Part shown: positions 54,949 through 64,000 of the stretch, one piece after another
How positions within the stretch are numbered: the stretch's first letter is position 1
Layout: every line of letters begins with the position of its first letter
Source of the DNA: Candidatus Limnocylindrales bacterium
GTDB taxonomy: Bacteria; Chloroflexota; Limnocylindria; Limnocylindrales; CSP1-4
Assembly (NCBI GenBank): GCA_036392215.1
Contig: DASVYJ010000053.1
Span: 1,052 to 65,051, forward strand
Reading direction: 5' to 3'
DNA: 64,000 nt
The notes under the pieces: generated by a model
Seen by the model: only the letters and a program-made list of their open reading frames with translations
What the model was told of the DNA's origin: nothing
Databases searched by the model: none
Position numbers and translations under genes: made by a program

Positions 54949-56598
54949 ATGTCCCGCCGTGCCCGCGCCCGAATCCTCTCCGCGCTCGCCGCCGTGGCCC
55001 TCGGCTCGTCGCTGGCCCTCCTGCCCGCGACGGCGATCGGCGCCACGCCAGCCTGGGCGTCGAGTGTGCCCTTCACGAACCGCGTGGTGAGCAGCCCGAC
55101 GGTCGGCGGCGGCTTCCCCGACCCGTCCGGCTCGCCGGTCCCCGGCACGTGTGCGCGCGGCTCATTCGACGCGAACCACTCCGAATCCTGGCTTGCCGTG
55201 CAGCCCGGGACCGAGACGATCGTCGGCAGCTCGAAGTTCTTCTTCGACCGGTACAGCACCTTCTACAACTTCTACCTGGGCTCCTACGCCATCGGCCGCG
55301 GCGGCGCCTCGAACGACATCGTCCAGGGCTACGACTGCACCACGACGGGGACCCAGGCGATGCCGCCGACCTGGACCAACGTGACGGACCCGAACGTGGA
55401 CTTCGACACCAAGGGTCGGGCCTACATGACGACCCTGCCGTTCAACGCCTACTGGACGAACCTCCACCCCAACGGGGCCATCGACGTCTCCTACAGCGAC
55501 GACCTGGGCGGGCACTGGGTGAAGGGCAATGGCGGCCAGGACCTCGAGAAGTCTCCAGACGAGTCGAGCTTCAGCCTGAAGTTCGAGGATAAGCAGTGGA
55601 TCGCGGTCAACCACATCCCGGGCAACGCGTACCAGGACCACGTCTACGCGATGTGGACGATGTTCAAGGGCGCGGCCGGGGAGATCCGCGTGGCGGTCTC
55701 GCGTGACCGCGGCCAGACGTTCTCGCCCGAGGCGCGGGTGAGCCTGCCCCAGAGCGTCGGGCCCAAGAACACGTACGTCTATCCCGCCATCGATGCCGCC
55801 GGCACCGTCTACGCCTCGTTCGTCGCCTTCCCGAGCAACGGCCCAGCGACGATCTACGTGACCCGCTCCACCGATGACGGCCAGACCTGGACCCAGTTCA
55901 GTCGCGTGGCCACGACGGGATACCTGACGACCTGCTGCCTGCCGAACACGACGTTCCGCGATGGCATCACCGAGAGCTTTGCGGCCAGCCCGACCTACCC
56001 CGGTCATCTGTACCTCGCCTGGGAGGACTGGGACGGCCGACAGATGGACGTGAAGTTCTCCCAGAGCACGGACGGCGGCGCGACCTGGTCGCCGCCGGCG
56101 GTCGTCAACGACAACGTCGACGCGGCGGGGGTGCCGACGGACCAGTTCCAGCCCGAGGTCGCCGCAGGACCTGGCGGCGCGGTCGCAGTCGGCTTCTACG
56201 ACCGGCGCCAGGCTTGCCCGGCCGACCCGAGCGTCCTGCCGGCAGACGTCGGCCGAAGGGACTGGTGCATCGACACCTCGCTCCAGGCGTACCGCGACAG
56301 CGGCGCCGGGGCCGCGGCCGTCGACCGCAACGTCCGGATCTCGAGCTACTCGTGGGACCCGCAGAACCCCGCCCAGACGCTCGGCGGCATCGGCCAGATG
56401 GCCTGCTCCGGCGTCGACGACCCGTGCACCGAGTCGTTCATCGGCGACTACTTCGGGCTCGCCATCTCAGGCGGCAATGTGTACGCCCTGATGGTCTCGA
56501 CGCACTACGCGTCGGACGTGAGGGCGGACGGCGGTGGCCCCATCTACTACCAGCAGCAGGTCCTGGCGACCGTTCCGAGGGCGGCGCTCGGCCTCTGA
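54949..56598 (+). CDS. Secreted BNR/Asp-box repeat protein (exo-alpha-sialidase/glycosyl-hydrolase-like beta-propeller)
   Basis: Signal peptide (MSRRARARILSALAAVALGSSLA) and at least three Asp-boxes: SRDRGQTFS, STDDGQTWT, STDGGATWS. A GGGAGG RBS is present. Confidence 0.8.
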   Translation: MSRRARARILSALAAVALGSSLALLPATAIGATPAWASSVPFTNRVVSSPTVGGGFPDPSGSPVPGTCARGSFDANHSESWLAVQPGTETIVGSSKFFFDRYSTFYNFYLGSYAIGRGGASNDIVQGYDCTTTGTQAMPPTWTNVTDPNVDFDTKGRAYMTTLPFNAYWTNLHPNGAIDVSYSDDLGGHWVKGNGGQDLEKSPDESSFSLKFEDKQWIAVNHIPGNAYQDHVYAMWTMFKGAAGEIRVAVSRDRGQTFSPEARVSLPQSVGPKNTYVYPAIDAAGTVYASFVAFPSNGPATIYVTRSTDDGQTWTQFSRVATTGYLTTCCLPNTTFRDGITESFAASPTYPGHLYLAWEDWDGRQMDVKFSQSTDGGATWSPPAVVNDNVDAAGVPTDQFQPEVAAGPGGAVAVGFYDRRQACPADPSVLPADVGRRDWCIDTSLQAYRDSGAGAAAVDRNVRISSYSWDPQNPAQTLGGIGQMACSGVDDPCTESFIGDYFGLAISGGNVYALMVSTHYASDVRADGGGPIYYQQQVLATVPRAALGL

Positions 56599-56741
56599 GG
56601 AGCCGGCTCCGCGCGGCGGAAGCGTCCGCGGCGCGGAGCGGCCGGGGCCGCGGTCACGACGAGGCCGGCGGGCACGTCCCGCCGGCCTCGTGCATCGTCA
56701 TAGGGGATGGCAGGAGCGACGACGGGCGTCGCTCCCGGCGC

Positions 56742-57842
56742 TTACGGCGTCGCGCCGGTCCACGAGCCGCGGCCGGTCACAAGGTCATAGCCGACGAGGC
56801 AGGGCTCGCCGTTGTTGCCCGAGGTGATGTCGCGGTAGGTGATGCTGCCGCCGTAGACGTACGAGGCGTTGACGACGACTCCATCGTCCGCGGAGCGGGC
56901 CGCCCACATCGGCGCCGAGGCGCTCGTCCCGCCCACCGTCCACCAGCCGGTCTGGCCGTTGTAGCTCGTGCTGTCGTAGACCGAGACGCCGGAGTTCGGG
57001 TCCGCGTCCAGCGACACGTCGGGCGTCGCCCGCTTGCCGCCGCAGCTCACCTGGCCGTACTGGCTGAAGCCGCGCTGGGCCGACGTCGCCGTCTCGTAGG
57101 CGCTGCAGCCGCCGCCCGACGAGCTCCAGCCCGTCTCGCTCGTGAGCTTGCCGCTCGAGAAGTGGAGCGTGGTGCCGCCGACCGAGATGACGTTGGGCGA
57201 GGACGAGGGGTATTCGGCGGGCGTGCCGGCGTCGCCGGACGAGACGAAGAAGCTCACCCCGCTCTGGACGAAGTGGCCGTCGTAGGCGGACTCGCCGCTG
57301 AACTCCGAGCCGCCCCAGCTGTTCGAGACGTACCGGGCGTGGGCCTTGGCGTAGTCCTCGGCCGCGAGGAGGTTCGTGAAGCTGCTGCTCTTTGCCTCGA
57401 CCAGGAGGATCTTGGCTCCCGGGGCGATGGCGTGCGCCCACTGGACGTCGAGGCTGATCTCGAGAGCCCAGCCGCCGTTCACGCTCGGGTACGTGCTCCC
57501 GCCGCTCTGGCTCACCTTCCGGAAGCAGCCGTTGGCCGTCGTGCAGGCGGGCAGGCCGTACTTGCTGCTGAAGACGGCCAGGTCCGAGGCGGCCGTCGGG
57601 TCGTCGTAGGCGTCGACGATGGCGATGGTCTTGGCCGCGCCGGCCGTGGCGCTGGTCGAGAAGCCGTAGGCGCTCTTGATCGTCGCCGGCGAGAGGCCGG
57701 TCGGCGACGTCGAGGCGTTCGGCCTGACGTGCAGCGGGTGGCTGGCGTAGTGCTCGCGGGTCGAGGCGGCGGTCGCCGCGCCCGGCAGGGCGAGGACGAA
57801 CCCCAGGGTGACGGCCACGACGGGGCCGAGGCGACGGTGCAC
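56742..57842 (-). CDS. Secreted serine peptidase, sedolisin/subtilase (S53/S8) family
   Basis: GTG start with a GGGAGGA RBS 7 nt upstream. Signal peptide; the Asp region IVDAYDD; the catalytic Ser motif GGTSASAP. Confidence 0.8.
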   Translation of the reverse strand: MHRRLGPVVAVTLGFVLALPGAATAASTREHYASHPLHVRPNASTSPTGLSPATIKSAYGFSTSATAGAAKTIAIVDAYDDPTAASDLAVFSSKYGLPACTTANGCFRKVSQSGGSTYPSVNGGWALEISLDVQWAHAIAPGAKILLVEAKSSSFTNLLAAEDYAKAHARYVSNSWGGSEFSGESAYDGHFVQSGVSFFVSSGDAGTPAEYPSSSPNVISVGGTTLHFSSGKLTSETGWSSSGGGCSAYETATSAQRGFSQYGQVSCGGKRATPDVSLDADPNSGVSVYDSTSYNGQTGWWTVGGTSASAPMWAARSADDGVVVNASYVYGGSITYRDITSGNNGEPCLVGYDLVTGRGSWTGATP

Positions 57843-58048
57843 GGCTGGCTCCTCCCATGCCGCCGCGGCCCCCTGCCGCACCGGCTCCCGCCGATGCTAC
57901 CGGGCTCCTGACGCGGGCCGCCACCCCCGTTCGCCGTACCTGGGGCCCGGTCGAACCGCCCGCCTCCGGGCCGCGGGCCGGGTACGCTGCGAGACGGCGC
58001 CAGGTCGTTCGGACCGCGGCCGGCCGGAACCGCGAGGAGGAACATCGC

Positions 58049-58336
58049 GTGGCTGCCTACGTCGTCGTCCATGCCACCCCGACCGATCCCGAGGCGGCGT
58101 CGCGCTATGCGGAGGCGTCCGGCGCAAGCGTCGCGCGCCACGGCGGCCGCTTCCTCGCCCGGGGCGGCCGGACCCACGTCCTGGAGGGCGACTGGCACCC
58201 GGAGCGCGTCGTGGTCATGGAGTTCGCCGACGCGGCCGCCGCGCGGGCGTGGTACGAGTCCGCGGACTACGCCGAAGCGCGAGCCCTGCGCGAGGGGGTC
58301 GGGACCTGGCGGATGGTCGTCGTCGAGGGCGTCTGA
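58049..58336 (+). CDS. DUF1330 domain protein
   Basis: 95-aa GTG start with a GAGGAGG RBS 8 nt upstream (VAAYVVVHATPTDPEAASRYAEAS...VVMEFADAAAARAWYESADYAEAR). Confidence 0.65.
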   Translation: MAAYVVVHATPTDPEAASRYAEASGASVARHGGRFLARGGRTHVLEGDWHPERVVVMEFADAAAARAWYESADYAEARALREGVGTWRMVVVEGV

Positions 58337-58525
58337 CCGGGCGATCGACGCGCCGGCGGGTCGGCTGACCCGCGGCCGCGAAGCGGCCCGGTCCGCCGCG
58401 CGCTCAGCCGGCCACGAGTCGCGCTGGGAGTCGCCTGAGAGCGCTCGCGCGGCGGCGCGAGGCCGCCTGCAACGACCCGCCATGGACCATCACCAGGATC
58501 GCAGCGGCAGGAGGGTCGACGGCGC

Positions 58526-59743
58526 GTGCGCAAGTGGCTCGGCCTGGCGCTGGGCGTGGTGACCGCGACCGGCGGCTTCCTCGACGCGGGCACGGTCGTC
58601 ACTGCCGGCGAAGCAGGCGCCCAGTTCGGGCTCGGGCTGCTGTGGGCGGCCCTCGTCGCGACGCTCGCGGTGATGCTCCTGGTCGAGATGACCGGCCGCT
58701 TCGCCGCCGTGTCGGGCAAGCCCTACGCCGCCGCGGTCCGGGAGCACTTCGGCTTCAAGTTCTACCTGCTGCCGCTCGCCTCCGAGCTGATCGCCGAGAG
58801 CGTGATGCTGGCCGCCGAGATCGGCGGCATCGCCGTGGCCGTCTCCATCGCGACCGGCCTGCCTTGGCTGCCGCTCTTCCCCCTGGCCGCGCTCTTCGTC
58901 TGGCTCCTCGTCTACCGGGCGCCGTTCAGCCTCATCGAGAACGGGCCGGCCGTGCTCGGCCTGGTCACCCTCTCGTTCCTCGTCGGGATCGCCGTCCTGG
59001 GCGGCCCGAACGAGCACCTCGTCCGCTCGGCCTGGCCGCCCGCGGTGGGACCGGGCAAGCTGCCGGCCTACCTCGGGCTCGCGGCAGCGATCCTGGGAGC
59101 GACGATCAGCCCGTACCTCATCTACTTCTACTCGTCCGGGGCGCGAGAGGAGGGCTGGAACGAGGCCGACCTGACCCTCAACAAGGTCACTGCCGTGGTC
59201 GGCATGGGCTTCGGCAGCCTCGGCTCGATCGCCCTCATCGTCCTGGCGGCGATGGTCCTCCTGCCGCAGGGCAAGGACGGCAGCACGCTCCCCCAGCTGG
59301 CCTCGACCATGACCCGAGCGCTCGGCGCGCCGGGCACGCTCCTCTTCGCCCTCGCCCTCTTCGCGACCTGCACCGGCGCCGCCTTCGAGGTCTCGCTCGG
59401 GCTGGCCTACGACGTGGCCCAGGGATTCGGCTGGCAGTGGGGAGAGGACGAGGCACCGGTCGAGGCCGCCCGCTTCAACCTCGTCCTGACCGCGGTGGTC
59501 GTCGTCAGCGTCGTCATCGGCCTGCTGATCCAGGACCCGGCCAGCCTGGCCATCGTCGGCTCGACGCTCATCGCGCTCTTCCTGCCGATCTCGCTCGCGC
59601 CGTTCCTGGTGATCATGAACGACCGCGACGAGCTGGGCGAGCGGACCAACGGGCGGCTGTCGAACATCGCCACGGGGGGCGTCGTCGGGCTCGCCTTCGT
59701 GGTCGCGGTGCTCTCGCTCGTCCTGACCTTCGTCGGAGGCTGA
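58526..59743 (+). CDS. mntH: NRAMP-family divalent metal (Mn2+/Fe2+) transporter
   Basis: NRAMP TM1 and TM6 signatures (GFLDAGTVVTAGEAGAQFG; ...ATISPYLIYFYSS) across about 11 TMS. Confidence 0.85.
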   Translation: MRKWLGLALGVVTATGGFLDAGTVVTAGEAGAQFGLGLLWAALVATLAVMLLVEMTGRFAAVSGKPYAAAVREHFGFKFYLLPLASELIAESVMLAAEIGGIAVAVSIATGLPWLPLFPLAALFVWLLVYRAPFSLIENGPAVLGLVTLSFLVGIAVLGGPNEHLVRSAWPPAVGPGKLPAYLGLAAAILGATISPYLIYFYSSGAREEGWNEADLTLNKVTAVVGMGFGSLGSIALIVLAAMVLLPQGKDGSTLPQLASTMTRALGAPGTLLFALALFATCTGAAFEVSLGLAYDVAQGFGWQWGEDEAPVEAARFNLVLTAVVVVSVVIGLLIQDPASLAIVGSTLIALFLPISLAPFLVIMNDRDELGERTNGRLSNIATGGVVGLAFVVAVLSLVLTFVGG

Positions 59744-59746
59744 CCG

Positions 59747-60148
59747 ATGGCTCGCTCGCTCCATCGCCATGGCCGCGCCCTTGCGGAAGCGCGGCAGCAG
59801 GTCCTCGTCATGCGGGACCTGATGGACCTCCAGATCGAGTCCGCGGACGGCATCGACCTGGGGCGGGTGGACGACGTCGAGGCGGAGATCCTGGCCGACG
59901 GGCAGGCCGCCGTGACCGCTCTGCTGGGGGGCCCGCAGGCCCTCGCCGGGCGGATCTCGTCGCGGCTCCGGCCCCTCATCCGGAGGCTCCTCCGTGACCG
60001 CTTCGACTCGCGCATCCCGATCGAGGAGGTGGCGGAGCTCGGCCTCGTCGTCCGCCTGCGCGGTCCCGCTGCCCGGTACGGCCTCGGCGCGTCCGACCGC
60101 TGGCTCGCCGAGCACCTCTGGGCGCGGCTCCCCGGGGGCCGGCGGTGA
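59747..60148 (+). CDS. PRC-barrel-like small protein, coupled to mntH
   Basis: LMDLQIESADGIDLGRVDDVEAE resembles a PRC-barrel strand pattern. A GGAGG lies 8 nt before the ATG, 3 nt after the mntH stop. Confidence 0.45.
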   Translation: MARSLHRHGRALAEARQQVLVMRDLMDLQIESADGIDLGRVDDVEAEILADGQAAVTALLGGPQALAGRISSRLRPLIRRLLRDRFDSRIPIEEVAELGLVVRLRGPAARYGLGASDRWLAEHLWARLPGGRR

Positions 60149-60609
60149 GGGCGCGCGACGCCGCGGACGGCCGCCCCGACGAGGCGATCCGGGCCGAGCG
60201 GCCGGCGGCCGAGGCGACCCGCTCGGAGCAGGAGCGCGCACCGGGCACGGTCCTCTCGATCGAGGACCTCGTCGGAGCGCGGGTCGTGACCGCGGACGGC
60301 ACGCCGCGGGGGACGGTCGTCGACGTCCTCGCCAGCCCGCCGCCGCGGATGCGCCTCGAGGGCCTCGTCGTCGGCAAGTGGGGCTGGCTGCAGCGGCTCC
60401 GGGTCGCCGCGCGGCTGCGCGGCTCGACCGAACGGGCGACCCGCTTCGAGCAGATCGACTGGCTGGCGGTGGACCACTGGGACGGGCTGCGCATCGTGCT
60501 GCGCGGGGAGGAGCGGGTCCACGAGGTGGCGGTGCGGCCCGCTCCGACTGGTGCCACGGAACCCGGCAAGCCGCTCGAGCCGCAGCAGGACGAGGAGCCG
60601 CTGCGCTGA
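60145..60609 (+). CDS. PRC-barrel-like small protein (second paralog)
   Basis: LVGARVVTADGTPRGTVVDVL...LEGLVVGKWG. Its start overlaps the previous stop. Confidence 0.45.
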   Translation: MRARDAADGRPDEAIRAERPAAEATRSEQERAPGTVLSIEDLVGARVVTADGTPRGTVVDVLASPPPRMRLEGLVVGKWGWLQRLRVAARLRGSTERATRFEQIDWLAVDHWDGLRIVLRGEERVHEVAVRPAPTGATEPGKPLEPQQDEEPLR

Positions 60610-60678
60610 GGGGCCTATGCTCGGCGAGCGTCCCATCCCGGACGGACCCGGGCTCGACGGGTCGGGCAGGAGGTGGCG

Positions 60679-61416
60679 GTGAAGGCTCGCAACGTACTCG
60701 CCCTCGCGGCGGGCAGCATCACCCTCGGTGGCTGGGGCTGGTGGGCGGTCGGCAGGCCCTGGTGGCACGGCTGGGGTGTCGAGGCGGACGAAGCCGGCCG
60801 GCCGCTCCCCGGCGACGACGTCGTGGCTGACGCGACCGTCAGCGACACGCGGGGCATCACGATCGACGCGCCGCCGCCGGCGGTCTGGCCGTGGCTCGTC
60901 CAGATGGGCTACGGGCGGGGCGGCTGGTACAGCTACGACGCCGTCGACATGCGCGGGGGCAGCGCCCGCCGCATCGTGCCCGAGTGGCAGTCGCTCGCGG
61001 TGGGAGACGTCGTGCCGACGCATCCGGGCGGCGGCTTCGAGGTCAGGATCCTCGAACCGGAGCACGCGCTCGTCCTCTACTCCGACAGCGCCCTCGTCAG
61101 CGCCCAGGAACGCGCCGCAGCGGCCGACCCGGGCTCGGTCGATCCGACGCCGGTCAACGTCCAGGCGGCCGGAACGTTCCTGGCCAACGCGCAGCCGGGC
61201 GAGTTCAGCGCGAGCTGGGCCTTCGTCATCGAGCCGTTGCCGGATGGCCGGTCCCGGCTCCTGGAGCGGTTCCGCGCTCGGTTCGGCGCCGCGGAGCAGC
61301 CCTGGACGCGAGTGACGATGCCCGTCCTCGGCTTCGGCGTCTTCGCCATGATGCGCCGGCAGCTGCTCGGCATCCGCGAGCGGGCCGAGACCGCGGCGCG
61401 CTCGGGAGCGGCCTGA
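60679..61416 (+). CDS. Hypothetical SRPBCC/START-like protein
   Basis: AVWPWLVQMGYGRGGWYSYD... An AGGAGG lies 5 nt before the GTG at 60679; an alternative GTG is at 60673. Confidence 0.5.
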   Translation: MKARNVLALAAGSITLGGWGWWAVGRPWWHGWGVEADEAGRPLPGDDVVADATVSDTRGITIDAPPPAVWPWLVQMGYGRGGWYSYDAVDMRGGSARRIVPEWQSLAVGDVVPTHPGGGFEVRILEPEHALVLYSDSALVSAQERAAAADPGSVDPTPVNVQAAGTFLANAQPGEFSASWAFVIEPLPDGRSRLLERFRARFGAAEQPWTRVTMPVLGFGVFAMMRRQLLGIRERAETAARSGAA

Positions 61417-61494
61417 CGCCGCCGGACCACGCCGGCAGGCGGGCCGCGGAGCCCGTTCGAGCCCCGCGGCTCGGGCCCGGGGAGTGTGCCGCGA

Positions 61495-61980
61495 CTACCA
61501 GAGGCGCAGCTGGCCGGTCCGGCGCAGCCAGAACAGCGCGACGAAGCCGAGGGCGAAGCCCGTCGCCAGGAAGACCCAGGTCAGGATCATCGTCTCGGGC
61601 AGGGTCACGATCTCCACCAGGATCCAGATGATGAGCCCGACGCCGAGGGTCCCGGTGAGCCACGGCGCGAGCCAGTGGCGGGCGACGCTCAACGCGGCGA
61701 GGGCGAGCATGCCGCAGCCGTTCACCAGCAGCAGGTAGAGGCCCGGCACGAAGTAGCTGCCGAACGGCGTCGCCTCGATCCAGCCCTGCGGGACCTGGAG
61801 GGCGCGGCCGGTCGGGTCCTGCAGGAACGACAGGCCGACGGGCACGGCGAGGACGCCCGTCATGAGCTCCAGGGCGACCCCGATCCAGACGAACGACGGC
61901 CGCTCGACGCGGGCGGCCTGTGGCACGATGCGGACCTGCACGGCACTCCCTCTCTGCTCGGGACGCCACGGCGGACGCAC
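61495..61980 (-). CDS. Hypothetical four-TM membrane protein
   Basis: Four hydrophobic helices, with protein-like composition (W, F, Y, I). Confidence 0.45.
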   Translation of the reverse strand: MRPPWRPEQRGSAVQVRIVPQAARVERPSFVWIGVALELMTGVLAVPVGLSFLQDPTGRALQVPQGWIEATPFGSYFVPGLYLLLVNGCGMLALAALSVARHWLAPWLTGTLGVGLIIWILVEIVTLPETMILTWVFLATGFALGFVALFWLRRTGQLRLW

Positions 61981-62238
61981 GACGGGACGCTCGGGCTCGG
62001 CGAAAGCGGGCAGGCCCCCGTGCGGATCCTCGAAGTCCGACTATCCGCGGCGCCCATCGAGGCCGGGCAGGGCCGAAGGGCGGGCGACCGACGGGACGTT
62101 CGGCTCGGCGAGGCGGGACGCCGGTCCCGACGATGGTCGCGATCGGCGGGCGATCGCCGACAGACGAGGGGCACCGCAACGCACCGCACGCCCGGCATCC
62201 CCCTTCCATCCTGCAGTGACCCGCTGCACAATCCGCCC

Positions 62239-64000
62239 ATGCCGCGGCGCGTCACCAGCGCGCGGTTCGTTGGCCGCGAGCAGGAGAGTGGGGAGCTCCG
62301 GGCCGCGCTCGACCGGGCGGTCGAGGGCGAGCCGACCGTCGCGCTTGTCGGGGGCGAGGCGGGGGTCGGGAAGTCGCGCCTCGTGGCAGAGTTCGCGGCG
62401 GTCGCCTCTGCCCTCGGAGCGGGCGTCGCGTCGGGCGGTTGCGTCGAGCTCGGAGACCTGAGCCTCCCGTTCGCGCCCGTCGTGGAAGTCCTTCGCTCCC
62501 TCGCCCGGACCGTGGCGCCGGCCGAGCTCGCCGCCTTCCTGGGCCCCGCCCGCGACGAAGCCGAACGCCTCGTCCCGGACCTCGCGGCGATCCTCGAGAC
62601 CGTGCCGCCGCCGGCCCGGCCCGCACCCCTGCCGGAGCCGGCGCCGAGCCTCGACCCCGACCCCGCCGCGCGCTCCCGGCGCCTGGAGCTGCTGCTCGGC
62701 GTGCTCCACCGCCTGAGCCTGCGTCGGCCGTTCGTAGTCATCCTCGAGGACCTCCACTGGGCCGATCCCTCGACGCTGGACCTGCTCGCCTACGTCACCC
62801 GCAACCTCACCCGGGAGCGACTCGTCGTCGTCGGGACGTACCGCAGCGACGGCCTCCCCGCCGGCCATCCCCTGCGCCACGTGCTCTCCGAGCTGCTCCG
62901 CGATCGCCGCGTGGAGCGGATCGAGCTCGGGCCGCTCCCCGACATCGAGCTGCGGCAGCTCGTCGGCGAGGTCCTCGGCGACGGCCCACCGGACCTCGTC
63001 GAGCGGGTCGTCGCGCGCTCGGACGGCAACCCCTTCTTCGCCGAGGAGCTCATCGCCGCCGAGCAGCGCGTCCGGGCGGCCGCCGTCCCGGACGACCTGC
63101 GCGAGCTGATCCTCGATCGCGTCCGACGCCTGCCGGCCGCCGCCCAGGCCGTCGTCCGCCTGGCCGCCATCGCCGGGCGCTCCACTGACGACGATGCGCT
63201 CGCGGTGGTGACCGGTCTCGATCCGGCCGGACTCGACGCCGCCCTCCGCGCCGCCACCGACGAGCGGATCCTGGTCCCCTCCGCAGACGGGACCGGCTAC
63301 ACGTTCCGCCACGCGCTGCTGGGCGAGGCGGTCGACGCGGACATCCTGCCGGGCGAGCGACGCCGCCTCCACGCCGCCCTGGCGGCCACCCTGGCAGCGC
63401 GGCCGCTGACCGCCGGCCCGGGGCGAGCCGCGGAGGCGGCGGAACGGGCCCGCCACTGGGAGGGAGCAGGGAGGCCGGCGGAGGCGCTGCGAGCGTCGCT
63501 CGAGGCGGCCGAGGCGGCCCTGTCGATGGCCGCCTTCGCCGAGGCCGCCGCCCAGCTCGAGCGCGTCCTGCGGCTCTGGGAGCAGGTCCCCGAGGCCGTG
63601 GCGACGGCCGGCGTGGACCGGGCCGAGGTCGCCGCCCGCGCTGCACGCGCCTGCTTCCTCGCCGGCGAGTCCGACCGCGCGGTGGGCTGGGCCAGGAGCG
63701 CGCTCGGGGACGCGGCGGCGAGCGATCCATCCCGGCGGGGCGCGTTGACCGCCCGCCTGGCGTCGTACCTGCTCGCCGCGAACGAGGACGTGGAGGCGCT
63801 GGAGCGCTTCCGCGAGGCGATCGAGCTGCTGACGGAGCCCGCGGCCCGGGCTGAGCGGCTGCGGGCCCTCTGCGGACTCGGGGCCGCCCTGATGCTGGCC
63901 GGCCGGCACCGCGAGTCCATGGCCGCCTGTCGGGAAGCCCTCGCCGTCGCGACGCCGGAGTTGCGCTGGCTCGCTGCGCCGGCCCGCACCTACCTCGGTG
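62239..64000 (+). CDS. Large ATP-binding LuxR/AfsR/MalT-type transcriptional regulator (N-terminal AAA/NB-ARC ATPase plus TPR-like region). Partial: it continues past the window end.
   Basis: Manual translation from the ATG at 62239 gives MPRRVTSARFVGREQESGELRAALDRAVEGEPTVALVGGEAGVGKSRLV (Walker A) ...VVILEDLHWADPSTLDLLAYV (Walker B/sensor)... It is absent from the track because no stop lies in the window. Confidence 0.8.
   Translation, partial: MPRRVTSARFVGREQESGELRAALDRAVEGEPTVALVGGEAGVGKSRLVAEFAAVASALGAGVASGGCVELGDLSLPFAPVVEVLRSLARTVAPAELAAFLGPARDEAERLVPDLAAILETVPPPARPAPLPEPAPSLDPDPAARSRRLELLLGVLHRLSLRRPFVVILEDLHWADPSTLDLLAYVTRNLTRERLVVVGTYRSDGLPAGHPLRHVLSELLRDRRVERIELGPLPDIELRQLVGEVLGDGPPDLVERVVARSDGNPFFAEELIAAEQRVRAAAVPDDLRELILDRVRRLPAAAQAVVRLAAIAGRSTDDDALAVVTGLDPAGLDAALRAATDERILVPSADGTGYTFRHALLGEAVDADILPGERRRLHAALAATLAARPLTAGPGRAAEAAERARHWEGAGRPAEALRASLEAAEAALSMAAFAEAAAQLERVLRLWEQVPEAVATAGVDRAEVAARAARACFLAGESDRAVGWARSALGDAAASDPSRRGALTARLASYLLAANEDVEALERFREAIELLTEPAARAERLRALCGLGAALMLAGRHRESMAACREALAVATPELRWLAAPARTYLG

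Noticed and set aside
58490-60241. 583-aa minus-strand ORF antisense to mntH
   Set aside because: Asp/Glu/Arg/Gly-rich shadow ORF. mntH on the plus strand has clear NRAMP signatures.
1-64000. CRISPR arrays, tRNA/rRNA genes, IS elements or integrases
   Set aside because: No spaced direct repeats and no tRNA-like T-loop or acceptor motifs in the few lower-GC stretches. No transposase or integrase motifs in any credible ORF. Apart from the 11-bp tandem array at 16659-16712, I found no dispersed or interspersed repeats; that array is reported as a finding.

Overview
This is a very high-GC (about 70-73%) chromosomal segment with the look of a high-GC actinobacterium. Genes are tightly packed on both strands, and the six-frame ORF track is dominated by spurious Arg/Ala/Gly/Pro-rich antisense and off-frame ORFs typical of such genomes. 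Real genes were picked by recognisable protein motifs, signal peptides, ribosome-binding sites and stop/start coupling. I found no tRNA or rRNA genes, CRISPR arrays, transposases or integrases. Recognisable content, left to right: a partial AMP-dependent (acetyl/acetoacetyl-CoA) synthetase, TatA, an acyl-CoA dehydrogenase with a divergent HTH regulator, an adenosine deaminase, and a polar amino-acid ABC transporter. Then a lipoamide-dependent 2-oxoacid dehydrogenase operon (lpd, E1 alpha, E1 beta, E2, lipA), interrupted by an antisense lipoprotein gene. Next come a zinc-ribbon protein, ptsI-ptsH preceded by a truncated glpF-like MIP-like ORF, PEP carboxylase with a YjeF_N epimerase, MutY, a DCC thiol-disulfide oxidoreductase, a GT1 glycosyltransferase and a membrane GAF-GGDEF diguanylate cyclase. 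A DUF385 (F420-type) oxidoreductase is followed by a glycan-degrading block (GH38 alpha-mannosidase, GH3 NagZ, HAD hydrolase; GH15 glucoamylase), AlkA, an MFS pump, SppA and Hsp20. A standalone DhaL-like protein, a CaCA antiporter and a TAT-exported three-subunit molybdopterin oxidoreductase (catalytic, Fe-S and NrfD-type membrane subunits) follow, the last preceded by a tiny Cys-rich signal-peptide ORF. The window ends with a secreted BNR/sialidase-like protein, an S53/S8 protease, DUF1330, an NRAMP (MntH) transporter followed by two PRC-barrel-like small proteins, an SRPBCC-like protein, a small membrane protein and a partial large LuxR/AfsR-type ATPase regulator. The items most worth follow-up are the MIP-hairpin/repeat-tail chimera next to ptsH-ptsI with an AT-rich promoter island, the Cys-rich leader peptide of the molybdoenzyme operon, the antisense lipoprotein gene inside the 2-oxoacid dehydrogenase operon, the mntH-PRC-PRC operon, a basic/acidic small-protein pair, and an 11-bp tandem repeat array at the ptsI 3' end.
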